DNA of 64,000 nucleotides from an uncultured Pelagibacteraceae bacterium. GTDB lineage: Bacteria > Pseudomonadota > Alphaproteobacteria > Pelagibacterales > Pelagibacteraceae. Shown one piece after another: positions 21,156 to 31,095 of this stretch; position 1 is the stretch's first letter, and every line of letters begins with the position of its first letter. The DNA lies in assembly GCA_902624345.1 (NCBI GenBank), contig CACNXI010000001.1, positions 11,082 through 75,081 on the forward strand, read 5' to 3'. Below the pieces are notes generated by a model. The model was not told the origin of the DNA. It made no database searches and saw only the letters and a list, made by a program, of their open reading frames with translations. The position numbers and the translations under genes are program-made.

Positions 21156-22601
21156 ATGGAAGTGGAAAAAAAAATCGACCCATTCGGATTTAGGGAATAT
21201 GACGCAAGGTGGCTATACCCAAAAAGCATCAACTCGAAGGGAATCGAGGCAGTAGGAAAAGGATTCGGGACCCAAGTTATTAACACTGAAAAAAATCCAA
21301 CTGTAATCGTAGGTAACGACTACAGATCCTATAGCGAAGAGGTTAAAAATAATTTTGTAAAAGGACTTTTATCAACTGGCTGTAATGTAAAAGATATAGG
21401 TCTATGTTTATCACCTACAGTTTATTTTTCCCAATTTAAAATAAAATCGAATGCAGTAGCAATGATAACTGCAAGCCACAACGAAAATGGTTGGACAGGA
21501 ATAAAGATGGGAATTGAGAAAGGTTTAACTCATTGCAAAGATGAAATGTCTGAACTTAAATTGATTGTAATGAATGAAAATTTTAAACAAGGTTCAGGTA
21601 AATACGAAAAAGTAGAAAATTTTAATAGAGTATACATTGACGAATTATCGAAAAATAAGATAAAGAAAAAATTAAAAGTTGTAGCTGCTTGCGGGAATGG
21701 AACTGCAGGAATATTTGCACCAGAGATCCTAAGGAATATTGGGTGTGAAGTAATAGAACTTGATTGTAATTTAGACTATAATTTTCCAAGATATAACCCA
21801 AACCCAGAAGATATGAAAATGTTACATGAAATTTCAAAATGCGTAAAAGAAAACAATGCAGACGTAGGTTTTGGGTTTGATGGTGATGGAGATAGAGTTG
21901 GAGTTATAGACAATAAAGGGAATGAAATATTTGCAGATAAAATCGGTTTATTAATTGCAAGAAATATTTCAGAAGAGCATCCTAATAATAAATTTATTGT
22001 AGATGTAAAATCTACAGGATTATTTAGCAAAGACGAAATTTTAAATAAGAATAATTGTAAAACTATATACTGGAAAACAGGGCACTCTTATATAAAGAGA
22101 AAAGTAAAAGAGGATAATGCAATAGCTGGATTTGAAAAAAGCGGTCACTTTTTTTTTAATAAACCTCTAGGATTTGGTTTTGACGATGGTATTAATTCGG
22201 CAATTCAAATTTGTCATTTAATAGATAATCAAAATAAAAAATTAGATGTTTTGATAAATTATTTACCAAAAACTTTTCAGAGCCCAACTATGGGACCATT
22301 TTGTAAAGATGAAGAAAAATATAAAGTTATAGATGAAATTATTGATATTATAAAAAATCTTCGAACTGAAAAGAAAAAAATATGTAATCAAGAAATTACC
22401 GACATACTTACAGTTAACGGCGTAAGATTTACTCTTGCTGATGGATCTTGGGGTCTTGTAAGAGCATCTTCGAACAAGCCTTCACTTGTTGTTGTAACAG
22501 AAAGTCCTGTGTCGGAACAAATTAAAACTGATATCTTTAGATTTATAGATGATCTACTTCAAAAAACAGGGAAGATTGGTGAGTACGATCAAAAGATTTA
22601 G
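21156..22601 (+). CDS. Phosphomannomutase/phosphoglucomutase
   Basis: FREYDAR, TASHN, DGDGDR, GFEKSGH, VRASSN; ATG 21156 preferred over 21042. Confidence 0.93.
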   Translation: MEVEKKIDPFGFREYDARWLYPKSINSKGIEAVGKGFGTQVINTEKNPTVIVGNDYRSYSEEVKNNFVKGLLSTGCNVKDIGLCLSPTVYFSQFKIKSNAVAMITASHNENGWTGIKMGIEKGLTHCKDEMSELKLIVMNENFKQGSGKYEKVENFNRVYIDELSKNKIKKKLKVVAACGNGTAGIFAPEILRNIGCEVIELDCNLDYNFPRYNPNPEDMKMLHEISKCVKENNADVGFGFDGDGDRVGVIDNKGNEIFADKIGLLIARNISEEHPNNKFIVDVKSTGLFSKDEILNKNNCKTIYWKTGHSYIKRKVKEDNAIAGFEKSGHFFFNKPLGFGFDDGINSAIQICHLIDNQNKKLDVLINYLPKTFQSPTMGPFCKDEEKYKVIDEIIDIIKNLRTEKKKICNQEITDILTVNGVRFTLADGSWGLVRASSNKPSLVVVTESPVSEQIKTDIFRFIDDLLQKTGKIGEYDQKI

Positions 22602-22602
22602 A

Positions 22603-23004
22603 TTAAACTTTATTTCCTTTAATTAAAAAATAAAAACCACCAATAAAAAGAAAAATTTGCTCACTGGTGAATAATTTTTGGGTGATAAACCAATCTGGAT
22701 GAGCGATTATAAAAATATTTGTCATGATTATAACAATTACAAGGCCTGCAAATCTTGTAAGCGTGTCTCCTATAGGATTTTTTAAAAAACCACTTATAAT
22801 TAAAATAACTCCTGATAAGAGCTCACTTAATGCAACAAACGAAGCTAACGCAGGAGATAAACCAAAATACTCAACTAAACCAGCTGGTGGTAAAGGAAAT
22901 TTTGCATAACCGTGGATAATAAAAGCAATACCAATTCCAAATCTTAATAGATGAGATGCAATAGCTTCAAAATTCAATAAAAAGTTTTTTGCTTTAGAAA
23001 TCAT
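22603..23004 (-). CDS. DoxX family membrane protein
   Basis: LLRFGIGIAFIIHGYAKF and 4 hydrophobic segments. Confidence 0.75.
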   Translation of the reverse strand: MISKAKNFLLNFEAIASHLLRFGIGIAFIIHGYAKFPLPPAGLVEYFGLSPALASFVALSELLSGVILIISGFLKNPIGDTLTRFAGLVIVIIMTNIFIIAHPDWFITQKLFTSEQIFLFIGGFYFLIKGNKV

Positions 23005-23061
23005 AATTAAATCTTAAATATTTTGATTTGTAGTTCAAGAGAAGTTTTCTAATTATCACCA

Positions 23062-23892
23062 TCAAATATTAAAATATCTATAAAGAAATATAGTAGCCAT
23101 AACGTATAAAAATATTCCAAAAAGTACCTGAACTTTTGCTTTTTCAAGTCTATGTACTGTATTTGCACCAATTCTGGCCATATAAGTAGTTATTGGAACG
23201 AATATGAAAAAGGCTGGAATATTAACAAAACCGATACTTAATGGGATATCAACCTCTTTATAAAGACCAGATATAAAAAAACCAGCTGCTCCAAATAATG
23301 AAATTATAAATCCGATTACTGCTGCACTTCCTATTGCTCGATTAATAGTGTATCCAAAATATCTTAAAACAGGAACATTTATCATTGCCCCTGTAATCCC
23401 CATTGGAGCAGAAATTAAACCAGAAATAAATCCAAATGTTAAACGAGGTAATAAATTAAATGATGGGAGGGCACTTTTATTATTATTTTTAACAAGTAGT
23501 AAATAAGCTCCTAGGATATAAACCATAATAGCAAAAAATAAAACTAAGGATTTTGTGTCCATTTTGGATGCAATTATAGTTCCACTCACTACACCAATAA
23601 TAACGAATACTCCAAAAGATTTAATTATACTCATATCCACAGCGTTGTGTTTTTTGTGGGTTAAGACTGAAGAAAACGACGTTAAGATTGTTATTGTAAA
23701 TGCAGTTCCAACTGTTAAGTGCATTAAATATTCTTTATCTATTCCGTATAATTCAAAGATAAAAAATAAAAAAGGTACGGAAATTAATCCTCCACCAATT
23801 CCAAATAGTCCTGCAAAAAAACCCACAGGGATAGCAGCGGCTATCATCAAAAAAATTATGAGCAAATATTCGTTTAAGATTGTTTCTATCAC
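23062..23892 (-). CDS. Sulfite exporter TauE/SafE family protein
   Basis: GFFAGLFGIGGG..VP motif, multi-TM. Confidence 0.85.
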   Translation of the reverse strand: MIETILNEYLLIIFLMIAAAIPVGFFAGLFGIGGGLISVPFLFFIFELYGIDKEYLMHLTVGTAFTITILTSFSSVLTHKKHNAVDMSIIKSFGVFVIIGVVSGTIIASKMDTKSLVLFFAIMVYILGAYLLLVKNNNKSALPSFNLLPRLTFGFISGLISAPMGITGAMINVPVLRYFGYTINRAIGSAAVIGFIISLFGAAGFFISGLYKEVDIPLSIGFVNIPAFFIFVPITTYMARIGANTVHRLEKAKVQVLFGIFLYVMATIFLYRYFNI

Positions 23893-23902
23893 TTTTATAA
23901 AA

Positions 23903-24739
23903 TTAATTGATACTTAAATATTCTAAAAATGATCTAATTGATACCAAAATTAAAAAAGTTCCAAATATTTTGCTAAGTATTTTTTTGTCTATTCTATAGA
24001 CTGCTTTTGCGCCTAGTCTAGCCATTATCATAGTTACTGGTACAAAAACAATGAAGCCTAGTAAATTTATATAACCCAGACTGAACGGTGTATTAACATT
24101 GTCTACGATCTTACCGCCTGTGATCATTGTAATAGTTCCAGCAACAGCAATAACAAAACCTACAGCTGCAGCTGTTCCAATTGATTTCCTAATATCGTAA
24201 CCAAATGTTCTCATGAAAGGAACCATCAACGATCCGCCTCCAATTCCTAAAGGAATAGAAATAAATCCAATCAATATACCGGAAATATTTTTAACTAAAT
24301 TTGATATTTGTTTTGGGTTATCAACTAATTTTTCTCTCAAAAAAATAAAAAAAAGTCCAACCATAAAAGCAAATATAGAAAAAAATAATACAAGTGCAGG
24401 TGTTTTCAAATTAACTGCTAAGAAAGTTCCAAAAAAAACTCCAATTAAAATAAAAATACCAAAAGATTTTACCATTTTAAAATCTACTGCATCATGTTCT
24501 CTATGTGTTAAGGTAGATATAATTGAGGTTGGTATTATTATTGCTAAAGATGTACCAACAGCTAAGTGCATTCTTGTTACAATATCAAATTCTAAAACAG
24601 TAAATGCGTAATAAAGAGCGGGAACCATAATTATGCCCCCACCTACTCCAAGTAAACCAGCCATAAATCCTGCTACTGCTGCAGCAATAGCTAAAACAGT
24701 TAAAAGATAAAAAATTTCATTGATATTTAAATTTTCCAT
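23903..24739 (-). CDS. Sulfite exporter TauE/SafE family protein (paralog)
   Basis: GFMAGLLGVGGG..VP, AVGTSL, GIGGG..VP. Confidence 0.87.
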   Translation of the reverse strand: MENLNINEIFYLLTVLAIAAAVAGFMAGLLGVGGGIIMVPALYYAFTVLEFDIVTRMHLAVGTSLAIIIPTSIISTLTHREHDAVDFKMVKSFGIFILIGVFFGTFLAVNLKTPALVLFFSIFAFMVGLFFIFLREKLVDNPKQISNLVKNISGILIGFISIPLGIGGGSLMVPFMRTFGYDIRKSIGTAAAVGFVIAVAGTITMITGGKIVDNVNTPFSLGYINLLGFIVFVPVTMIMARLGAKAVYRIDKKILSKIFGTFLILVSIRSFLEYLSIN

Positions 24740-25746
24740 TAAGAATTTAATTGATTTGCTTTCTCATTGTTTTGCACAATTGTCATTATGTGTTTTGCTT
24801 TTTGAAAATCTGAATCTCTAGCCATCATATTGTCACTTAAATATCTTTTCCAATCTTTAGAACCAGGTTGACCGTGATAAAGACCAACTGTGTGTCTCAT
24901 AACATGATTTACTTTTGTACCAAGCTTAACCTCTTCTTCTAAATAACTAATAATCTGTTTTGCTATTTGTTCTCTTGAGGGCACTTTATTTGTATTAAAT
25001 ATTTCTTTCTCAATATCGGTTAAAAAGTAAGGATTTTGATAAATTGCTCTTCCAATCATCACGCCATCGCAGTGTTCTAAATGTTTTTTAATTTCTTCAG
25101 TCTGTGAGACTCCTCCATTAATTATTATCTCAAGCTCTGGGTTTGCTTTCTTAATTTCGTAAACCATTTTGTAATTTAGTTTTGGTATATTTAAATTTTG
25201 CTTAGGAGTAAGACCTTTTAATAAAGCCTTTCTTGCATGAAGTATCACTGTTTTACATCCAGATTTTTTTATTTTGTTAACGAAATTATTTAAATATTCA
25301 AAGTCCTCAATTTCATCAACTCCTATCCTAGTTTTAGCTGTAACCGGAATTTTGCATGAATTGACCATGTTATTAATACATTCTGCAACTAAATCAGGTT
25401 CTTTCATCAAACATGCTCCAAAAGAATTTTTTTGCACCTTTTTACTTGGACAACCTAAATTAATATTAATTTCATCATAACCAAATTGTTCTGCTAGTTT
25501 AGCAACTTCTGCTAGTTCATTTTTGTCTGAGCCTCCTACTTGAAGAGCAACTGGCTTCTCTTCTTCTCTAAAACCAAGTATTCTTTTTCTATCACCATGA
25601 ATTGCTGATTTCGTTGCAACCATCTCAGAGTACAACATTACATTTTTGCTTATAAGTCTTAAGAAATATCTATCATGCCTATCAGTGCAATCCATCATTG
25701 GTGCAACCGATATTTTTCTATTGATTTTTTTGTTTTTAAAATCCAA
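24739..25746 (-). CDS. dusA: tRNA dihydrouridine synthase DusA
   Basis: APMMDCTDRH, NLGCPS, HARKA, MIGR. Confidence 0.95.
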   Translation of the reverse strand: MDFKNKKINRKISVAPMMDCTDRHDRYFLRLISKNVMLYSEMVATKSAIHGDRKRILGFREEEKPVALQVGGSDKNELAEVAKLAEQFGYDEININLGCPSKKVQKNSFGACLMKEPDLVAECINNMVNSCKIPVTAKTRIGVDEIEDFEYLNNFVNKIKKSGCKTVILHARKALLKGLTPKQNLNIPKLNYKMVYEIKKANPELEIIINGGVSQTEEIKKHLEHCDGVMIGRAIYQNPYFLTDIEKEIFNTNKVPSREQIAKQIISYLEEEVKLGTKVNHVMRHTVGLYHGQPGSKDWKRYLSDNMMARDSDFQKAKHIMTIVQNNEKANQLNS

Positions 25747-27067
25747 TTGGTTTACCCATTAATTTGTCAGGTAACCAAGTTACTATTTCTGGGAAAATAC
25801 ACAATATTATAATACAAATGACCATCATTACCATAAAAGGAATAGATCCTTTTAATATTTCAGAAAGACTTACGTCGGGTGTAATTCCTTTTATAATATA
25901 TAAGTTTAATCCAACAGGTGGTGTGATCAATCCTATCTCCATATTGATAGTAAAAACTATTGCAAACCAATAAGGATCAAAGCCGAACTGAGTAATAATT
26001 GGTAGTAATATTGCAGATGTCATAACTATAACTGCAACAGGGGGTAAAAAGAAACCAGCAATTAACAAAAATATATTAATATAGAAAAATAAGACCCATT
26101 TATTTAATCCCATCTCTACAATGGTTTGAGCAATTGATTGTGTTACATAAAGGGTAGATAAACTAAAAGCGAATATGTAAGAGCCTGCAATGATAAACAT
26201 TATCATTACGCTTTCTTTCATAGATACTTTTACGATATCCCATATTTTTTTTGGTTGATAAATTTTATAAACAATTGCAATCATGACAAATACAAGAAAT
26301 GCACCTACTCCAGATGCTTCTGAAGGAGTTGCTACCCCACCGTATAGAACATATAAAACTCCAACCACGATTAATAAAAATGGAAGAACTCTTGGTATGA
26401 CTTCTAATTTTTCTTTGAGTGTTGGGGGTGTTCTATTTCTTAAAATTGCTGCTGATTGTTTATCAATAAAGTAAGAATAGATATAAGCCCATAACATAAA
26501 TAATCCAGCTAGAAGTAAACCAGGTATGACACCGCATAAAAATAATCTTCCAATGGAAGTACCAGTTGCTAATCCATAAACAATTAAAACAATGCTGGGT
26601 GGTATTAAAACTCCTAAAGTTCCCCCTGCTGCTATACATCCAGTTGCTAATCTTGCTGAATATCCTCTTTTTCTCATTTCTGGAATACCCATTGTTCCTA
26701 TTGCTGCACATGTTGCAGGACTTGATCCACTTAAGGCTGCGAAAATAGAGCAAGCTCCAATATTTGAAACAACAAGACCGCCAGGCAGTCTCCAGAGCCA
26801 TCTGTCTAAACCTGTGTACAAATCTTTTCCAGCTGGTGAATTTGCAACAGCCATTCCCATCAAAATAAACATTGGGATAGATAACAAAACAAATGAATTT
26901 AAACCTGCATAAAATGTTTCAGCAAAAACATTTAAAATTGAAAAACCTTCAGCGATAACTAAAAAGATCACCGAAATAAAACATAAGCCAAAAGCTATTG
27001 GTATTCCCGAGAATAGCATTACAACAGTTGCTATCCCGACTATTAAACCTAATAATAAAGGGTCCAT
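25736..27067 (-). CDS. dctM: TRAP transporter large permease
   Basis: SGSSPAT, GGTLGVLIPPS, TPSEAS, TPPVGLNL. Confidence 0.93.
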   Translation of the reverse strand: MDPLLLGLIVGIATVVMLFSGIPIAFGLCFISVIFLVIAEGFSILNVFAETFYAGLNSFVLLSIPMFILMGMAVANSPAGKDLYTGLDRWLWRLPGGLVVSNIGACSIFAALSGSSPATCAAIGTMGIPEMRKRGYSARLATGCIAAGGTLGVLIPPSIVLIVYGLATGTSIGRLFLCGVIPGLLLAGLFMLWAYIYSYFIDKQSAAILRNRTPPTLKEKLEVIPRVLPFLLIVVGVLYVLYGGVATPSEASGVGAFLVFVMIAIVYKIYQPKKIWDIVKVSMKESVMIMFIIAGSYIFAFSLSTLYVTQSIAQTIVEMGLNKWVLFFYINIFLLIAGFFLPPVAVIVMTSAILLPIITQFGFDPYWFAIVFTINMEIGLITPPVGLNLYIIKGITPDVSLSEILKGSIPFMVMMVICIIILCIFPEIVTWLPDKLMGKPIGF

Positions 27068-27564
27068 TATTCAAACTCCTTTAATTTTCTTACATGTAAA
27101 ATTAATTCAGATATATATGACATTGTCATAAGAATTGCGCCTATAAGCATTGATGAATAAGGTATCCAGAGTGGAGGACCCCATACTGTTCCCGTATTGT
27201 AATTCTTTATAAATGCTTCGTAAGTAATTTCATAACTTACGTAAAATAAAATAAGAAAAAAAATTAAACAAAGACTGTCAGTAAAAATTTTAAGTTTAGT
27301 GACATTCTTTTCACTTAAAAAAGTATATAGATACTCCATATTAACGTGGCCTTTTTCACTTAAAACATATGCAGCGCCTATAAATGTAGAAGCAACTAAT
27401 AACATTGTAACAAGCTCTGTTTGCCATGTAATAGCGTTCTTAAATAAGTATCTCTCGAAAACTAATTCTGTAATAATAACGATGGAGAGAAAAAGACAGC
27501 CAGCTGCAAAAATTCCACAAGCTTTCGCTAGCCAGTTTGTCAATTTAATAAATTTATCAGTCAT
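27067..27564 (-). CDS. dctQ: TRAP transporter small permease
   Basis: 4 TM, RY..., W..EL, HV..E pattern; between dctP and dctM. Confidence 0.9.
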   Translation of the reverse strand: MTDKFIKLTNWLAKACGIFAAGCLFLSIVIITELVFERYLFKNAITWQTELVTMLLVASTFIGAAYVLSEKGHVNMEYLYTFLSEKNVTKLKIFTDSLCLIFFLILFYVSYEITYEAFIKNYNTGTVWGPPLWIPYSSMLIGAILMTMSYISELILHVRKLKEFE

Positions 27565-27565
27565 G

Positions 27566-27595
27566 AAAAATACCCCTGCCGAAAAAGCAGGGGTA
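27566..27595 (-). terminator. Intercistronic hairpin/terminator between dctP and dctQ
   Basis: TACCCCTGC (27571-79) / GCAGGGGTA (27587-95) 9-bp stem followed by a T5 tract on the minus strand. Confidence 0.8.
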
Positions 27596-27609
27596 TAATT
27601 TTAATTTAA

Positions 27610-28620
27610 TTATTTTACAGCAAGAGCCATATCGATCAATTTTTGACCGTTTGGCACTTTTTCTGCAAAGTTTTTGTATGAAGATTTTTTAGCAATAGCT
27701 AACCAAGCATCAAAGTCTGATTTCGACATGTAAGACAACTTCACGCCAGCTTTTTTGTAAGCTTTTTCCATTGTCGTATCTAAACCAGCAGCTTCTTTAG
27801 TCATATACTTCTCTGCTTTTTTTCCAGCTTTCATTAAAGCTTTTTGTTGTTTGCTATCTAATGCATCAAAAGATTTTTTTGACATCAAAATTGGCTCATA
27901 CATAAACCATAGACCAAAATCTCCTGGAGGTGTTGCACATTTTACTTGCTCATAAATTCTGTATGAAACAAAACTTCCTGAACTAGTATTAGCGCCATCT
28001 AAAACACCCGTTTGCAAACCGTTATAGATTTCAGAAGATGGCATTGATTGAATACCTGCTCCTGCTGCTTCTAACATTTGGTTAAATGCTTTACCTGCAG
28101 CTCTAAACGTTTGGCCTTTTACAGATGCTGGATTTGAAATACAATTTTTCTTTGAAACAAATCCACCTGCAAGCCAAGCATCAGACAAAACAACTACTCC
28201 AGCATCATTGATGATTTTTTTAATTTCTGTCATCATTGGAGACGCATTAACTCTTAAAGCATGTTTATGGTTTTTAACCATTCCAGGCATTAAAGTAATG
28301 TCAAACTCTGGATGGAACTTAGCAGCATATGCTAATGGGAAAGCTGAAATATCCAGCTGACCTGTTGTCATTGGTTTCCATTGTTCTTTTGGTTTGTAAA
28401 GTGATTTTGCAGGGTAAATTCTTATGTCTACTCCTACATTAGCTTTTTTCATTTCATCAGCAATAATTTGAACCATTTCGTGTCTTACATCAAAAGACCC
28501 GTCGGCTCTTGGCGTACCTGGCCATTGGTGACTAGCTTTTAAAGTTACTGCAAAAGCTGATCCAATAGTTGTAGTTACGAAAACTAATGAAAGAAAATAT
28601 AAAGATATTTTTTTAAACAT
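27610..28620 (-). CDS. dctP: TRAP substrate-binding protein
   Basis: Signal peptide, KGQTFRAAG, EIYNGLQTGVLDG. Confidence 0.92.
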   Translation of the reverse strand: MFKKISLYFLSLVFVTTTIGSAFAVTLKASHQWPGTPRADGSFDVRHEMVQIIADEMKKANVGVDIRIYPAKSLYKPKEQWKPMTTGQLDISAFPLAYAAKFHPEFDITLMPGMVKNHKHALRVNASPMMTEIKKIINDAGVVVLSDAWLAGGFVSKKNCISNPASVKGQTFRAAGKAFNQMLEAAGAGIQSMPSSEIYNGLQTGVLDGANTSSGSFVSYRIYEQVKCATPPGDFGLWFMYEPILMSKKSFDALDSKQQKALMKAGKKAEKYMTKEAAGLDTTMEKAYKKAGVKLSYMSKSDFDAWLAIAKKSSYKNFAEKVPNGQKLIDMALAVK

Positions 28621-28710
28621 TATTATTCCTCTCTATTATTATTTTATTGATGTATTAAATGTAACTTCTTGATAAGAGTCAATATGCTTTAAAATACAAT
28701 TGTCGCTATT

Positions 28711-29856
28711 ATGAATGGACCTTTAAAAGATATATTAGTTTTAGACCTAACTCGAGTGCTGGTTGGTCCTTATTGCACTATGATTTTGTCAGACCTAGGG
28801 GCTAGAGTGATAAAAGTTGAGGCACCTGAAATTGGAGATGACTCTAGAAAATTTGGACCTTTTATTGATGATCAGTCTGCATACTTTATGTCACTAAACA
28901 GAGGAAAAGAAAGTATAGCTCTAAATTTAAAAAATTCAGAGGACAAAAAAATTTTTGAACAAATACTTAAAAAAGCAGATGTATTAGTTGAAAATTTTAA
29001 ACCTGGAACATTAGAGAAATGGGGGTTTGGTTGGAAGGATTTATGTAAAAAATATCCAAAATTAATTTATGCTTCTGCATCAGGTTTTGGTCAAACAGGT
29101 CCATTAAGAGAATTACCTGCATATGATATGGTTGTTCAAGGGATGGGTGGATTAATGAGTGTAACAGGTCAACCAAATTCTGAACCTACAAGAGTTGGAA
29201 CGTCAATTGGTGATATTACAGCTGGTTTGTTTACAGCGATAGGTGTTAATGCAGCACTATATGACAGGAAGAAAACAGGTAAAGGAACTTACATAGACGT
29301 TTCGATGCTTGATTGTCAAATTGCAATTTTAGAAAATGCAATTGCAAGATACTTAGCAAAAAATGAAATACCTAAACCAATGGGATCACGCCATCCATCA
29401 ATAGCACCTTTTGAAGCCTTTAAAACAAAAGATAGTCACATTATAATAGCGGCGGGTAACGACAAGCTTTTTGAAAAACTTTGCCAAGTTTTAAATATCA
29501 ATAACATTTTAAAAGATGAAAAATTTAAAACAAATTCATCTAGAGCTCAAAATATGGATGAACTAAAAAAAATCTTAGAAAAAGAGCTTTTAACTAAAAA
29601 TACAAGCGATTGGGTTTCTTTAATGGAAAAAGAAAAAATTCCTTGTGGTCCAATCTTTAATATTAAACAAGCTGTTGAAAATCCTCAAATCAAAGCAAGA
29701 AATATGATTGTAAATTCATATCATAAAAAAATTGGTGAGTTTAAAACTGCTGGTAACCCAATTAAGATGTCAAACTATAAAGATGAAGAAAAAAGAGGCG
29801 ATATTCCAGATTTAGATGAACATAGAGAAAAAATTATTAAAGAGTTTTGTAATTAA
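28711..29856 (+). CDS. CoA-transferase family III (CaiB/BaiF)
   Basis: LDLTRVLVGP, GDDSR, NRGKES, ENFKPG, AYD. Confidence 0.93.
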   Translation: MNGPLKDILVLDLTRVLVGPYCTMILSDLGARVIKVEAPEIGDDSRKFGPFIDDQSAYFMSLNRGKESIALNLKNSEDKKIFEQILKKADVLVENFKPGTLEKWGFGWKDLCKKYPKLIYASASGFGQTGPLRELPAYDMVVQGMGGLMSVTGQPNSEPTRVGTSIGDITAGLFTAIGVNAALYDRKKTGKGTYIDVSMLDCQIAILENAIARYLAKNEIPKPMGSRHPSIAPFEAFKTKDSHIIIAAGNDKLFEKLCQVLNINNILKDEKFKTNSSRAQNMDELKKILEKELLTKNTSDWVSLMEKEKIPCGPIFNIKQAVENPQIKARNMIVNSYHKKIGEFKTAGNPIKMSNYKDEEKRGDIPDLDEHREKIIKEFCN

Positions 29857-30478
29857 TTTTATCTATCTCCTTAGACATTTTAAGTAATACTTTTTTTTTA
29901 TTGAGTTTATCTGTTCTAACTAAAATAGCATCTTTCATTTTTTTTAGTGGTGAATGTTTTCTTTTTTTATCAAGTCTAGTTCTTATACTTAAGCTTTTTT
30001 TAACCTCTCTTAGAGGAACTTTCTTCTTTAAATCTTTCCATCTTCTAATGGATGCTAAATTAAGATTACAAGTAAAATAAAAAGCTAAATCATAACGGGG
30101 ATTTTTTTTAAGGATAGTGCTAGCTATATCTCTTCCCTCAACACATATTCTTTTATTTTTTTTGATAATTCTTTTTTGAAATTTTTTCATTATTTCTCTT
30201 ACATCTTTATTTTTAGCTAAATAACCAACATGATTACTAATTTCCTGAGAGTGAAGAGATTGTTTTTTAATTTTATTGTAAGAAATGTTTCTAAATTTTT
30301 TCTTTAAAAAAGGAACAATTTTTTTAGGCTTATGCTTAATGATAATTTTACTTGCATATCTGTATAATAATCCAGAGTTTATAAGAAAAAGTTTATATTT
30401 TTTTGAAACTAATTTTGCACCTGTGCTTTTACCGCTAGCAGCTTCTCCGTCACATGCAATTCTTAAAGACTTATTCAT
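29837..30478 (-). CDS. cmk: (d)CMP kinase
   Basis: DGEAASGKST P-loop, SGLLYR, EGRDI. Confidence 0.88.
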   Translation of the reverse strand: MNKSLRIACDGEAASGKSTGAKLVSKKYKLFLINSGLLYRYASKIIIKHKPKKIVPFLKKKFRNISYNKIKKQSLHSQEISNHVGYLAKNKDVREIMKKFQKRIIKKNKRICVEGRDIASTILKKNPRYDLAFYFTCNLNLASIRRWKDLKKKVPLREVKKSLSIRTRLDKKRKHSPLKKMKDAILVRTDKLNKKKVLLKMSKEIDKINYKTL

Positions 30479-30525
30479 TAAAACTATGTTTAATTAAATA
30501 ACTTATTTTGATTATGATTGAAATA

Positions 30526-31053
30526 TTATTGTTCTGAATTTTCTGAGTTATCAGCTTCTTGTTGATCGTTTTCAGCTATTTCATCAAGAGAAACTTCGTT
30601 ACTCTCCTCGACTCCATCATCTTCGGTTGGAGCATCATTTGATTGGGGTGCATCAGCATTTTGTAACTCAGCTAAGTCTTCTTTTGAAACTTGAATTTTT
30701 TCAGGAACTTTTCTTGCTCTTTTAGAAGGCAAAATAGGTGTTCCGCTTTTTGAGATTTCACCTTTGTAAAGGTTCTCAAAATCATCTCCGATATCTTCAT
30801 CTTCTTCATTTAAATCATCAACTTGTTCGATATGTTTTCTTAGTTTATAAACAGCGCTATCTGTTAATTCGCTAGTTTTGACATTTTCATTTGCAATTTC
30901 TCTAAGTGCGATAACAGTATTTTTATCGTTATCTCTTTCAACACTTGGTTCAATTCCAGAATTTAATTGAGTAGCTCTTTCCTTTGCAACTAAAACTAAT
31001 TCGTAAGGGCTGTCTACTTTATCGATACAATCTTCTACAGTTACTCTAGCCAT
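30526..31053 (-). CDS. rpoZ: RNA polymerase omega subunit with long acidic tail
   Basis: [20 protein letters not shown]. Confidence 0.96.
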   Translation of the reverse strand: MARVTVEDCIDKVDSPYELVLVAKERATQLNSGIEPSVERDNDKNTVIALREIANENVKTSELTDSAVYKLRKHIEQVDDLNEEDEDIGDDFENLYKGEISKSGTPILPSKRARKVPEKIQVSKEDLAELQNADAPQSNDAPTEDDGVEESNEVSLDEIAENDQQEADNSENSEQ

Positions 31054-31095
31054 GCGGAGTATTTATACTCTGAGATCCTTAAAATCAAGGTGTTT

